A stretch of 64,000 bases of DNA from Rhodocytophaga aerolata (GTDB lineage Bacteria > Bacteroidota > Bacteroidia > Cytophagales > 172606-1), in the NCBI RefSeq assembly GCF_030503435.1, contig NZ_JAUKPO010000001.1, positions 940,766 to 1,004,765 on the forward strand, written 5' to 3'. A program made the translations under genes and the position numbers. Positions 51,809 to 61,773 of the stretch are shown here, piece by piece; within the stretch, counting starts at the first letter, position 1; every line of letters begins with the position of its first letter. The notes beneath the pieces are model-generated. The model saw only the letters and a list, made by a program, of their open reading frames with translations, was not told the DNA's origin and ran no database searches.

Positions 51809-51974
51809 CAAATCCTTTCAATAAAGATAGATCTCTTTTTGATTGTTGGTGTTCTACAATAAATTCATCAAAGGAAAGAATATCTGATTGTATTTTACTG
51901 ATTTGTTCTTTCAAGAGTAAATTCGTACTGGCAATTGCTTCTAAAAAATGACCAATGGTGTATTGATTTTCCAT
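51783..51974 (-). CDS. Possible small protein co-transcribed downstream of the histidine kinase
   Basis: 63-aa ORF 9 bp after the kinase stop. No recognisable domain. It overlaps the 3' end of the convergent CPBP remnant. Confidence 0.2.
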   Translation of the reverse strand: MENQYTIGHFLEAIASTNLLLKEQISKIQSDILSFDEFIVEHQQSKRDLSLLKGFATDIHSAE

Positions 51975-51982
51975 AAAACGTA

Positions 51983-53659
51983 TTATAATTTTTGTTGATT
52001 AGGCAATACTACTTCTAAGCGGGTGCCTTCACCTAAGGCACTGTATAAGCGTACGGTACCACCTATTTTATCGATTGCTTTTTTTACTAAATATAATCCA
52101 AGTCCTGACCCTTTAGAACGCTCGTCTCCTCTGCAGAACATGTCAAATACTTTTTCTTGTAACTGTTCAGGAATGCCTACCCCATTATCCTCAAAAACAA
52201 TTACCAGATCTTTCTGCTGACTCTCAGCAAACCAGATATTTATGTAAGGGTTTGAAATATTGTTCTTTTTATACTGCAAGGCATTTTCCAGAATGTGCTT
52301 ACAGATAATTTTTAGTGAAAAATGATCAGCGTACACATGAATATCTTGCTCACATTCCAATCGTATATCTACGGCTTTATCAGTTTCTTGCAGAAAATCT
52401 AATTCTGAAGCTGTTTCTTTCAGGAGCGTATTCAGGTTAATAGAAGTCTTTTCCGGGTAGTTACTTTTGATGTTACTTACTTCCATAAGATTAGTCAAGA
52501 CCCGGTTTGCCTGGGCTGCCTTTGCTGAAATCATCTGGAAGTATGTTCGCACTTTATCATCAGTAAATTCCATTAAGGCGATGTCGCACAAACCTAAAAA
52601 AGAAGCCAGAGGCCCTCTTAGATCATGGGAGGCGCGGTAGATAAATGTATCTAACTCTTGATTAATTTCGAGCAGATTTCTGTTAGATTGCTCCAGCTGA
52701 GCCGTTCTCTCTTTTACCCTGTTTTCTAACTCTTGCTTTGCTTTTAGTAAGAATTGTTTTGCCTGATGCCGCTCTGTAATGTCCATTGCCGAACCTATAA
52801 TATACGGTTCACATCCTTCCTCCTCGAACCGGAAAGTCCGGTATTCCCAGAAATATTCTTCCCCATCTTTTCCCAACAAGTGCATAATACCTGAACTTGC
52901 CTCAACCTGGCTTACTTTGTTGATATATTCATCATAGCAACCTACCGCTTTGGGAGCAAGCAAATCGCGTACATTCTTCCCTACAAGTTCTTCGTCAGAA
53001 TATTTTAATAGTTTACAGACAGCCGGGTTCACAGATAATATGCGGCCTTGCAGATCATGCGTACATATAAACCCCTGGTTATTTTCTACCAGATCACGGT
53101 ATTTCTTTTCACTGTTTAGGGCATGTTTTTTCTCTTCTTCTAAGCGCTTTTTCTGCCGCTGAAGCTCAAAGAATGTGGTAGCATTTTTGCCCAGAGTCTC
53201 CAAAGCTAGTTTCTGTTGGATGGTAAGTTCTTTAGGCTTAAAATCAATTACGCATAAACAGCCAATCGGATATCCTTCAGGAGCAAGTAAGGGTACGCCA
53301 CAATAAAAACGAATGGCAGAATGATGGGCAAATTTGTCATCAAGCCAGGTATCCTTTACTTCATAACTACTACGCTGCTCAATGGTATACTGGCAAAAGG
53401 AAATACTTTTCTCGGTTTGAGGAATACGTAACCCGTATTTAGGCTTAAGCCACTGCCCGGTGTCATCAAGCAAATTGATAAGCGCGGCAGGTGTATCGCA
53501 AATAAGGGCAGCCAGTTTGGTGATATCATTTAATTGCTGTTCCTCTGGTGCATCAAAAATAGGATAACTTTCGATAGCCGTCATTCTCGCCTGCTTATGG
53601 AAACCAGGTGTGTGCGCTGCAGCTATCGTTTCATCGAATAGTGGGTAAAAGTTCTCCAT
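51983..53659 (-). CDS. GAF- and PAS-domain sensor histidine kinase
   Basis: 558 aa. H-box SHDLRGPL. HATPase N, G1 and G2 motifs (NALQY, DNGVGIP, GSGLGL). No TM segments, so it is cytoplasmic. Confidence 0.85.
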   Translation of the reverse strand: MENFYPLFDETIAAAHTPGFHKQARMTAIESYPIFDAPEEQQLNDITKLAALICDTPAALINLLDDTGQWLKPKYGLRIPQTEKSISFCQYTIEQRSSYEVKDTWLDDKFAHHSAIRFYCGVPLLAPEGYPIGCLCVIDFKPKELTIQQKLALETLGKNATTFFELQRQKKRLEEEKKHALNSEKKYRDLVENNQGFICTHDLQGRILSVNPAVCKLLKYSDEELVGKNVRDLLAPKAVGCYDEYINKVSQVEASSGIMHLLGKDGEEYFWEYRTFRFEEEGCEPYIIGSAMDITERHQAKQFLLKAKQELENRVKERTAQLEQSNRNLLEINQELDTFIYRASHDLRGPLASFLGLCDIALMEFTDDKVRTYFQMISAKAAQANRVLTNLMEVSNIKSNYPEKTSINLNTLLKETASELDFLQETDKAVDIRLECEQDIHVYADHFSLKIICKHILENALQYKKNNISNPYINIWFAESQQKDLVIVFEDNGVGIPEQLQEKVFDMFCRGDERSKGSGLGLYLVKKAIDKIGGTVRLYSALGEGTRLEVVLPNQQKL

Positions 53660-54168
53660 TAAAAAATACTTTTCGTGATCCTGGTATTTCTGAATTACAG
53701 GTAAGATTTAATTGGATTACTTCTTTCCTTACTTGTAATTTCTGCTTCAAATTTTGAATAGTGAAAGATAAAACAACAGTTAAACACCTTTATCTACTGA
53801 AAATTCAACTATTAATAAGGTTCAGCTAGCGAGAAGTAAGCCAGTTTGGAAAAGTTTTTAGTGGATTGCTGCTTTTGATACATACGTAAGGTCAGTTGCT
53901 AAAATTAGTAAGCACACAAGAACAGGATATTCGCTTTAAATTAAGCCTTGCTTACTTTTTTAATTCAGGTACTTTTTATAGTAAACCGGCTTTCATAACC
54001 AAAATCAAGCCTACCAGCATACGCTTTATTAGTCACCCGAATAGAGCGCTCAGCCAGCCACAGGTAAAAACTGACATATATCATCCTTTGCTCTAATGCC
54101 TGTCATTCCCAGCCTAAACCCTGTCATCTACCTTTACAGACGAAAATAATATAATTCAACAGGGTAAT

Positions 54169-56301
54169 ATGGAATTACAAAAGTTTAGTTACGACAATAA
54201 GATAGTAAAGTATTTTGCTATCGCTACGGTTGTCTGGGGGGTAGTAGGTATGAGTGTGGGATTAATTGTTGCACTGCAAATGGTTTTTCCGGCACTTAAT
54301 TTCGACTTACAGTACACCACCTTCGGACGCATCAGGCCATTACATACCAATGCGGTAATATTCGCTTTTGTAGGGAATGGTATTTTTGCAGGAGTATACT
54401 ACTCTTTGCAGCGCCTGCTCAAAGCACGCATGTTCAGCGACACCTTAAGCTGGATTAACTTCTGGGGATGGCAATTAATAATTCTGTCAGCAGCTATTAC
54501 CCTGCCTTTGGGTATTACTACCTCTAAAGAATATGCAGAACTTGAGTGGCCAATAGACATAGCCATTACCTTAATCTGGGTAGTATTTGGCTGGAACCTG
54601 ATTGGCACTATTGTTAAACGTCGCGAAAAGCATATGTATGTAGCCATCTGGTTTTACATTGCTACATTCGTAACAGTGGCTGTGCTGCACGTAGTTAATT
54701 CATTTGAACTTCCCCTGCATGCCTTTAAAAGCTACTCCTTATATGCCGGTGTACAAGATGCCCTGGTACAATGGTGGTACGGACATAATGCAGTGGCATT
54801 CTTCCTGACTACCCCTTACTTAGGCTTAATGTACTACTTTTTGCCTAAGGCTGCTAATCGTCCGGTATATTCTTATAAGTTATCTATCGTACACTTTTGG
54901 GCACTAATTTTTATCTACATCTGGGCAGGCCCTCACCACTTATTATATACTTCCTTACCAGACTGGGCACAGGCCATGGGTACTGCGTTCTCTATCATGC
55001 TAATTGCTCCTTCCTGGGGTGGGATGATGAATGGTTTGCTTACCCTGCGTGGTGCCTGGGATAGAGTTCGCGAGGAGCCAGTATTAAAATTTATGGTGGT
55101 AGCTATTACTGCTTATGGTATGGCAGTATTCGAAGGCCCAATGCTTTCACTGAAAAATGTAAATGCTATTGGCCACTTTACCGATTGGATTGTAGCACAC
55201 GTACACGTAGGCGCCCTGGGATGGAACGGTTTCTTAACCTTTGGCATGCTCTACTGGCTGATCCCACAGATGTGGAAAACGTCTTTATACTCTAAAAAAT
55301 TAGCGAACGTACACTTCTGGTTAGGTACCCTGGGTATATTATTCTATGCATTACCCCTGTACTGGGCCGGTATTACTCAAAGCTTAATGTGGAAAGAATT
55401 TACACAGGAAGGCTTTCTAAAGTATCCGAACTTCCTGGAAACGGTACAGCAGATTCTACCTATGTATATGACACGTGCGGCTGGTGGAGCTTTATACTTA
55501 TCAGGTGTGTTTGTGATGGTATATAATTTATTCAAAACGGCTGCCCAGGGTACTTTCGTAGCCAATGAAGCGGCTGAAGCTCCTGCCTTAACACAGGAAG
55601 TAAGTGAGCATAAAGAATATTGGCACCGCGTACTGGAGAAAAAACCCATCGTATTCACGGTATTAGCTACCGTAGCTATCCTGATCGGTGGAGTATTTGA
55701 GCTGATCCCTACTTTCTTAATCAAGTCTAACGTACCTACGATTACAGCCGTGAAACCTTATACGCCACTTGAGCTGCATGGACGCGACTTATATATCAAA
55801 GAAGGTTGCGTAAACTGCCACTCTCAGATGGTACGGCCGTTCCGCTCTGAAACAGAACGGTATGGGGAATACTCTAAAGCCGGTGAATTTGTGTACGACC
55901 ATCCATTCTTGTGGGGTTCTAAACGTACCGGTCCGGATCTGCAGCGTCTGGGTCAGAAATATCCGGATAGCTGGCATTATCACCACATGGTAGATCCTAC
56001 CTCTATGTCGCCAGGCTCTATTATGCCGCCCTATCCTTGGTTAGTAGAACAGACCTACGATAAATCGCTGACTCCGGATATGATCAATGTGATGCGTACG
56101 TTAGGTGTTCCTTATGAAGAAGGATATGAGAATCAGGCCAATGCCGATGTAGAAAAGCAAGCCGATCAGATTGTGAAAAACTTGAAAGATGCCGGCATAG
56201 ATGTAAAATCTGACAGAGAAATTGTAGCCTTAATTGCTTATCTGCAACGCCTGGGTACCGACATTAAAGTAAAACCCAATGTAATTGTAACCAATGAGTA
56301 A
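54169..56301 (+). CDS. ccoN: cbb3-type cytochrome c oxidase subunits I and II fused (CcoNO)
   Basis: 710 aa. Heme-copper oxidase TM core followed by a monoheme CcoO-like domain with CVNCHSQ (CxxCH). Confidence 0.9.
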   Translation: MELQKFSYDNKIVKYFAIATVVWGVVGMSVGLIVALQMVFPALNFDLQYTTFGRIRPLHTNAVIFAFVGNGIFAGVYYSLQRLLKARMFSDTLSWINFWGWQLIILSAAITLPLGITTSKEYAELEWPIDIAITLIWVVFGWNLIGTIVKRREKHMYVAIWFYIATFVTVAVLHVVNSFELPLHAFKSYSLYAGVQDALVQWWYGHNAVAFFLTTPYLGLMYYFLPKAANRPVYSYKLSIVHFWALIFIYIWAGPHHLLYTSLPDWAQAMGTAFSIMLIAPSWGGMMNGLLTLRGAWDRVREEPVLKFMVVAITAYGMAVFEGPMLSLKNVNAIGHFTDWIVAHVHVGALGWNGFLTFGMLYWLIPQMWKTSLYSKKLANVHFWLGTLGILFYALPLYWAGITQSLMWKEFTQEGFLKYPNFLETVQQILPMYMTRAAGGALYLSGVFVMVYNLFKTAAQGTFVANEAAEAPALTQEVSEHKEYWHRVLEKKPIVFTVLATVAILIGGVFELIPTFLIKSNVPTITAVKPYTPLELHGRDLYIKEGCVNCHSQMVRPFRSETERYGEYSKAGEFVYDHPFLWGSKRTGPDLQRLGQKYPDSWHYHHMVDPTSMSPGSIMPPYPWLVEQTYDKSLTPDMINVMRTLGVPYEEGYENQANADVEKQADQIVKNLKDAGIDVKSDREIVALIAYLQRLGTDIKVKPNVIVTNE

Positions 56302-56421
56302 TCACCGGTTACGGTCCACAGTACTAATCTTGATTATCTGGTAACTGACATTTAGCAAACAAGATTGTTCTGTGGACTAATACAGCGGGTCATTCATCAA
56401 TCACTACTAATCATTATTCCT

Positions 56422-56610
56422 ATGTTTAAATATTATTTCGAGCGGGTACAGGATGTGGAAATTTTCCCGGTAATCTCGCTGCTCATCTTTGTCATATTCT
56501 TCATTACCCTGTTGATATGGGTAGTAAAAGCCGATAAAAAATACATAAAGTCTATGGAGCATCTGCCTTTAAGTGAGGAAACTCCCGGAGACGAAAAACT
56601 GATTCGCTAA
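56422..56610 (+). CDS. ccoQ: CcoQ/FixQ-like small membrane subunit
   Basis: The track start is a TTG. ATG 56422 gives MFKYYFERVQDVEIFPVISLLIFVIFFITLLIWVV, a single TM segment typical of CcoQ. Confidence 0.65.
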   Translation: MFKYYFERVQDVEIFPVISLLIFVIFFITLLIWVVKADKKYIKSMEHLPLSEETPGDEKLIR

Positions 56611-56629
56611 GCAACACAAGTATACACCC

Positions 56630-57556
56630 ATGACAACAAAATGCTTGAAATCCAATTGGAAGGCAGTAGGCCTGGCAGCTCTCGCCACTTGCCTGCATGG
56701 AAACCTGTTTGCCCAGGGCTCTGCATCCTCTACACAAACAGGTGTATCTGAGCAAGAAATCCTGTTCTTGGTAGTGTCCGGTATGCTGATATTTGTAAGT
56801 ATAGCTGTATTGGTAGTAGCCCTGTATATTCTGCAAGTGATGCGGATTATTATGCAGAAAGATACCGTGACTGCTCCTGTAGAAGTAATAGCCACAGAAA
56901 GTTTCTGGCTTACTTTTAAGAAGAAATTTATCACCGGCGATGTATTGCCAGTAGAACAAGAGGGCGCAGTAGCCATGGACCACATATACGATGGCATCCA
57001 GGAGCTGGATAACCACATGCCGCCTTGGTTAAAATACACCTTCTATGGCACCATTGCTTTTGCTATTATCTATTGCATTAACTTCTTCTCTCTCGGATTG
57101 GTGCAAACCAGTGAACAAGAGTACGTGGCAGAAATGGCACAGGCAGAAAAAGAAGTAGGTGAGTTCCGCAAACTAGCGGCTGCCAGTATTGATGAGAACA
57201 GCGCAAAACAAGTAACAGACGAAGCTGCTCTGACCAGTGCGAAAGCTATCTACTCACAAAACTGTAGTGCCTGCCATGGCGCTGCCGGTGAAGGGGGCGT
57301 AGGACCCAACTTAACTGATGAATACTGGATACATGGCGGCTCCGTAAAAGATGTATTCAAAACTATTAAATACGGTATTCCACAAAAAGGGATGATTGCC
57401 TGGCAGCAGAAGCTGAAGCCAGACGAAATTCAGAATGTATCCAGCTACATTTTATCGCTGCAAGGCACTAAACCTGCAAATGGAAAAGAGCCTCAGGGAG
57501 ATAGAGTAGTAAGCGCTGAAACAACGCCAGAAAGCAAAACAATGTCAAGTTTATAA
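56630..57556 (+). CDS. ccoP: cbb3 oxidase c-type cytochrome subunit III (CcoP-like)
   Basis: Signal sequence plus TM, a CcoP N-terminal-like region (PPWLKYTFYGTIAFAIIY) and CSACHG heme c site. Confidence 0.75.
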   Translation: MTTKCLKSNWKAVGLAALATCLHGNLFAQGSASSTQTGVSEQEILFLVVSGMLIFVSIAVLVVALYILQVMRIIMQKDTVTAPVEVIATESFWLTFKKKFITGDVLPVEQEGAVAMDHIYDGIQELDNHMPPWLKYTFYGTIAFAIIYCINFFSLGLVQTSEQEYVAEMAQAEKEVGEFRKLAAASIDENSAKQVTDEAALTSAKAIYSQNCSACHGAAGEGGVGPNLTDEYWIHGGSVKDVFKTIKYGIPQKGMIAWQQKLKPDEIQNVSSYILSLQGTKPANGKEPQGDRVVSAETTPESKTMSSL

Positions 57557-57638
57557 TACTACTGAACCTGGATTCATAGAGATTTTAAGTGATTTTAAGA
57601 TCCTATGAATTCAGGTTTCAGACCAAACTATACCAGCC

Positions 57639-59174
57639 ATGGCAACCATCACCGATAACAAAGAGACGTTCCGCGATCATATATCTACAGTAAATGAGAA
57701 GGGAGAACGTGTCTGGGTATATCCTAAGAAACCCAAAGGCAGATTGCATCAGTTGCGGGTGGTGGTTGCCATTGTGCTGTTAGGCTTATTATTCGGAGCT
57801 CCTTTTATAAAAGTAAATGGACTACCCTTGTTTCTGTTCAATATATTCGAGCGGAAGTTTGTCATCTTGGGGTTTCCTTTCTTCCCGCAAGATTTTTACC
57901 TGTTTGGCCTAGCCATGCTTACGTTTTTTGTATTCGTAATCTTGTTTACGGTCGTGTATGGGAGAGTTTGGTGTGGATGGGCTTGTCCGCAAACCATTTT
58001 TATGGAAATGGTTTTCCGGAAAATTGAATACTTTATTGAAGGGGATGCCAACCAGCAGAAAGTATTAGACAAAGCTCCCTGGACAGCAGATAAGCTACTA
58101 AAGAAATCTGCCAAACACCTCATTTTCTTATTTATTTCATTAATAATAGCCCATACCTTAATGGCTTACCTGATTGGTGTGGATGAGGTATATGCTATTA
58201 TTACCCAATCTCCGGCACAGCATCTGGCAGGGTTTATCGGACTGGTAGGTTTTACCGGAATTTTTTATCTGGTATTTGCCAAACTACGGGAGCAGGCTTG
58301 CACTGTTATTTGTCCGTATGGCCGTTTGCAGGGAGTATTACTAACCAGGGAAACCATTGTTGTAGCCTATGACTTTATCAGAGGTGAACCCAGAGGAAGG
58401 TTAAAGAAACCGGCAAAGAAAGTTGAAAAAACAGAAGACCCATCCTGCTCCGGCGGTTGTTCAGGCTGTGTGCATCAGGCAAGCCACGAAAAACCAGGCA
58501 CCGTAGCCGATGCAAAAGCTGTAGAAACAAGACCCTTAAAACTGGAAGATCTGCTAACGCAAGGCGACTGTATTGATTGTAAACTGTGTGTTCAGGTATG
58601 CCCTACTGGTATAGATATCCGGAATGGCGTGCAGCTGGAATGTGTGAATTGTACCGCCTGTATAGATGCCTGCGACGAAGTAATGACCAAAATCGGCAAA
58701 CCTACCGGGCTAATCCGGTTCGACTCTCACAAAGGTATTACCGAAAAAGTAAAACTGACATTTAGCTCCCGTATGGCGGCTTATACGGCTGTGCTGCTTT
58801 TACTGCTTTCATTGCAAGGTTTTTTACTGCTTAACCGCAGCCAGGTAGAAGCAACGGTACTGCGTGTACCCGGCATGTTATACCAGGAACAACCCGGTAA
58901 CCGGATCAGCAACTTGTATAATGTACAACTGGTAAACAAAACAACCGAGCCTATGCATATTACCCTGCAACTGGAAGATCAGCCGGAAGGGACATTAAAA
59001 GTAGTTGGCGATAAAATCTATATTCCGGAGAGTGGTTCAGCGGAAGTAGTATTATTTGTAGAGTTGCCCAGAAGTAGTATCCGCGCTGTAAAAACACCCA
59101 TCAAAATTGGGGTGTATGCAAATGGCAAGCGACTGGAACAAAGTAAAACCAACTTTCTGGGTCCTGCTAAGTAA
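57639..59174 (+). CDS. ccoG: Cytochrome c oxidase accessory protein CcoG (polyferredoxin)
   Basis: 511 aa. CGWACPQ plus CIDCKLCVQVCP and CVNCTACIDAC 4Fe-4S motifs. Confidence 0.85.
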   Translation: MATITDNKETFRDHISTVNEKGERVWVYPKKPKGRLHQLRVVVAIVLLGLLFGAPFIKVNGLPLFLFNIFERKFVILGFPFFPQDFYLFGLAMLTFFVFVILFTVVYGRVWCGWACPQTIFMEMVFRKIEYFIEGDANQQKVLDKAPWTADKLLKKSAKHLIFLFISLIIAHTLMAYLIGVDEVYAIITQSPAQHLAGFIGLVGFTGIFYLVFAKLREQACTVICPYGRLQGVLLTRETIVVAYDFIRGEPRGRLKKPAKKVEKTEDPSCSGGCSGCVHQASHEKPGTVADAKAVETRPLKLEDLLTQGDCIDCKLCVQVCPTGIDIRNGVQLECVNCTACIDACDEVMTKIGKPTGLIRFDSHKGITEKVKLTFSSRMAAYTAVLLLLLSLQGFLLLNRSQVEATVLRVPGMLYQEQPGNRISNLYNVQLVNKTTEPMHITLQLEDQPEGTLKVVGDKIYIPESGSAEVVLFVELPRSSIRAVKTPIKIGVYANGKRLEQSKTNFLGPAK

Positions 59175-59277
59175 CAACATAATGCAAAGTGTATATTTCA
59201 ACTTTATGGAGGCTATTGCTGCTAGTGTTAGCCTCCATCTTTCAAAAAGAATACTGTTAAATTAAACGAATAAAGAC

Positions 59278-59724
59278 ATGACCATGAACTGGGGCACAAA
59301 AATAGCATTGATATACGGCGGATTTGTAGCATTTATTATAGGTATGGTAGTGCTATGTATCAGGCAAAACGACATACATCTGGTAAGCAAAGAATATTAC
59401 AAAGAAGAAATTGCCTACCAGGATCAGATAGATAAGCTGACCAATGCACAACAATTACACGGCCAGATGGGCTTTCAATACATTGGTGAAAAACAAGTGG
59501 TAGAGTTTTTCTTTCCAAAATCATTAGCAAATGCCACAGGTGAGATATTGTTTTTCCGCCCATCGGATGCCCGCAAAGATGTAAAGATATCCGTAGACAT
59601 GGACGCAACAGGCCGCCAGGTTGTTCCTGTATCTTCCCTGGATAAAGGGTTATGGAAAGTAAAAGTAAGATGGAATGCAAACAACAAAGACTATTTCAGT
59701 GAACAAGTATTAGTTATTAACTAG
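59278..59724 (+). CDS. fixH: FixH/CcoH-family protein
   Basis: 148 aa. N-terminal TM plus a periplasmic beta domain, in the conserved position after ccoG. Confidence 0.7.
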   Translation: MTMNWGTKIALIYGGFVAFIIGMVVLCIRQNDIHLVSKEYYKEEIAYQDQIDKLTNAQQLHGQMGFQYIGEKQVVEFFFPKSLANATGEILFFRPSDARKDVKISVDMDATGRQVVPVSSLDKGLWKVKVRWNANNKDYFSEQVLVIN

Positions 59725-59777
59725 TCCACAGTTTATAGCCCCATTACTCATCCATTAATACTTATCACTCCTTACTC

Positions 59778-60491
59778 ATGCTTTACTCTGCTTTTATTGT
59801 TGGTTTGCTAGGAAGTTTCCATTGCCTGGGGATGTGCGGCCCCTTGGTGCTGGCATTGCCGGTGCATGCCCAGGACAAAGTAAAAGCAGTATCTGGAAGG
59901 CTCATTTATAATACCGGCAGGATTGCCACCTACTCACTCGTAGGATTACTTATGGGAATGTTCGGGCAAAGTTTATCTTTTGTCAGTTCCCAGCAAGCGC
60001 TCTCAGTAGCAGTGGGTGTTCTTATGTTGATGCTGATAGTATCCCCCAACCAACTCTCTCAAAAATTTAGTTTTGTTAGTCCTTTAGCCAGGTTTACTTC
60101 CAAAGTAAAACAACAGTTTGCCTTGGAGTTCAAGAAAAAAACCTACCGCGCCTATTTTTTCAGTGGCATGCTCAATGGGTTATTGCCCTGTGGCCTGGTA
60201 TATATCGCTTTAGCAGGAGCCATTGCAACCGGCAACAGTGTAAGTGGGATGGCCTATATGGCATTATTCGGCTTGGGTACCTTACCTATGATGCTGGTCG
60301 TATCTTTTGCTGGTCAATATATTACTTTACAGTGGCGAACCCGGTTAACCAAAGTAGTGCCTGTATTTACCATAACTATTGCTTGTTTGTTTATTCTGCG
60401 TGGGTTAAATCTGGGTATTCCTATGCTCAGCCCTTCAGCGGTGGCAGATACCAAAGCCACCATCCAGGTAAACTGCTGCCATAAAAAATAG
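59778..60491 (+). CDS. TauE/SafE-like (DsbD_2-type) membrane protein, cco-cluster associated
   Basis: 237 aa. N-terminal GSFHCLGMCGP motif. Six predicted TM segments. Confidence 0.65.
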   Translation: MLYSAFIVGLLGSFHCLGMCGPLVLALPVHAQDKVKAVSGRLIYNTGRIATYSLVGLLMGMFGQSLSFVSSQQALSVAVGVLMLMLIVSPNQLSQKFSFVSPLARFTSKVKQQFALEFKKKTYRAYFFSGMLNGLLPCGLVYIALAGAIATGNSVSGMAYMALFGLGTLPMMLVVSFAGQYITLQWRTRLTKVVPVFTITIACLFILRGLNLGIPMLSPSAVADTKATIQVNCCHKK

Positions 60492-60535
60492 GTACATTTT
60501 ATCATTCTTGCATCTGGTTCCGTATCATTTAAAAC

Positions 60536-60571
60536 CCAAACGGATCCTGTACCGGTACAGGATCCGTTTGG
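60536..60571. terminator. Perfect 18+18 bp palindrome between convergent genes (bidirectional terminator)
   Basis: ccaaacggatcctgtacc / ggtacaggatccgtttgg read directly from the sequence. Confidence 0.7.
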
Positions 60572-60692
60572 ATTAACTAGTTATTCAGGAGCCTGCATAG
60601 TTTTCCATAGTCCCGAAAAAAATAAACCCACCGGGCAAGTAGTCCGGTGGGTCTGATAAAAAATAGCAAAAAATCAATCTCCTATTTGGTAA

Positions 60693-61295
60693 CTACTTGC
60701 TGTAAGGAGAAGAATAATTAACTACTAAACCGCCTGGTTGCCAGTTGGCAGGTGTAGCTATGTTCCGTAAATCAGAAATTTGCAGGGCTTGCACCAACCG
60801 CAGAATTTCTTCTGTATTGCGTCCGGTTGGAACCGGATAACACGAAAAAGCACGTATTTTCCGCGCAGGATCTATAATAAATACACTTCTGTTAACTTCC
60901 TGCCCGTATTCCTCCGGCATGATCATACCATACCTGGAAGCAATTTTTTTGTCTTCATCAGCAATAATGGGGAAGCCTATTTTCTCGCCCGTAAATTCTT
61001 CTATGGTTTGTATCCAGATAATATGCGAACGGCTGGAATCCGTACTTAAGCCCATAAGCACACAATTATTTTCTGCCAGTTTAGGATGTAAGGCGGCAAA
61101 AGCCAGTATTTCGCTGGTACAAATAGGCGTAAAATCTTCCGGATGCGAAAACAGCACTACCCATTTGCCTGCAAAATCTGAAAGACTGATTAAACCACGC
61201 GTAGAATCTGCCTTAAAATCCGGTGCTAGCTCACCTATTCGCGGAAAACTGTAGAGGTTTTCCACAACAGAGGGAGTAGGTTGAATTGACTTCAT
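60693..61295 (-). CDS. Peroxiredoxin (Prx6-like 1-Cys / AhpC-TSA family)
   Basis: 200 aa. Peroxidatic Cys in the FTPICTSE motif. Thioredoxin fold. Confidence 0.85.
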   Translation of the reverse strand: MKSIQPTPSVVENLYSFPRIGELAPDFKADSTRGLISLSDFAGKWVVLFSHPEDFTPICTSEILAFAALHPKLAENNCVLMGLSTDSSRSHIIWIQTIEEFTGEKIGFPIIADEDKKIASRYGMIMPEEYGQEVNRSVFIIDPARKIRAFSCYPVPTGRNTEEILRLVQALQISDLRNIATPANWQPGGLVVNYSSPYSK

Positions 61296-61773
61296 AAATC
61301 AGAACTTTAATAATAATCAAAGTTCACTTTTTCCGGGCCGGAAATGAATGACTAAAGTCATACCTGTTTATGATTTACCTGCAAATTTCCGGATAAGCAC
61401 AAAAGTGTAAGCAAATTTTCCTTTTGCAAGGCAATGCAAAATCTGAAAAGAAGCTATTGTTGTAAGAAGACAATTTTTAGAATGGTTTGCTGCATCTGGT
61501 AAAAAGCTTTCATTTTTCAGCTCAAATTTGTATCTTTAATAAAACCCAATGCAGTTTATTTTTCTTCAACATAAATACTGTTTCTGGAAGAAATCGCCTT
61601 TGTATCCGGAACTTACTTAAATACAATCTGATTAGCTCTTTTTACATCCGTTAGTAAGTTCTTTTAGTATCTGTATTTCTGGATAAACTTTCCTATAAAC
61701 TAAGCCGTATATGCTCATTATATGGCTTTAATCATATTTTTTATCCTTAAAGTCAAACAAACTATTGTATGTT

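Noticed and set aside
53896-54096. 66-aa ORF in the ccoNO leader
   Set aside because: It has no coding features. The region is better explained as promoter and 5' UTR.
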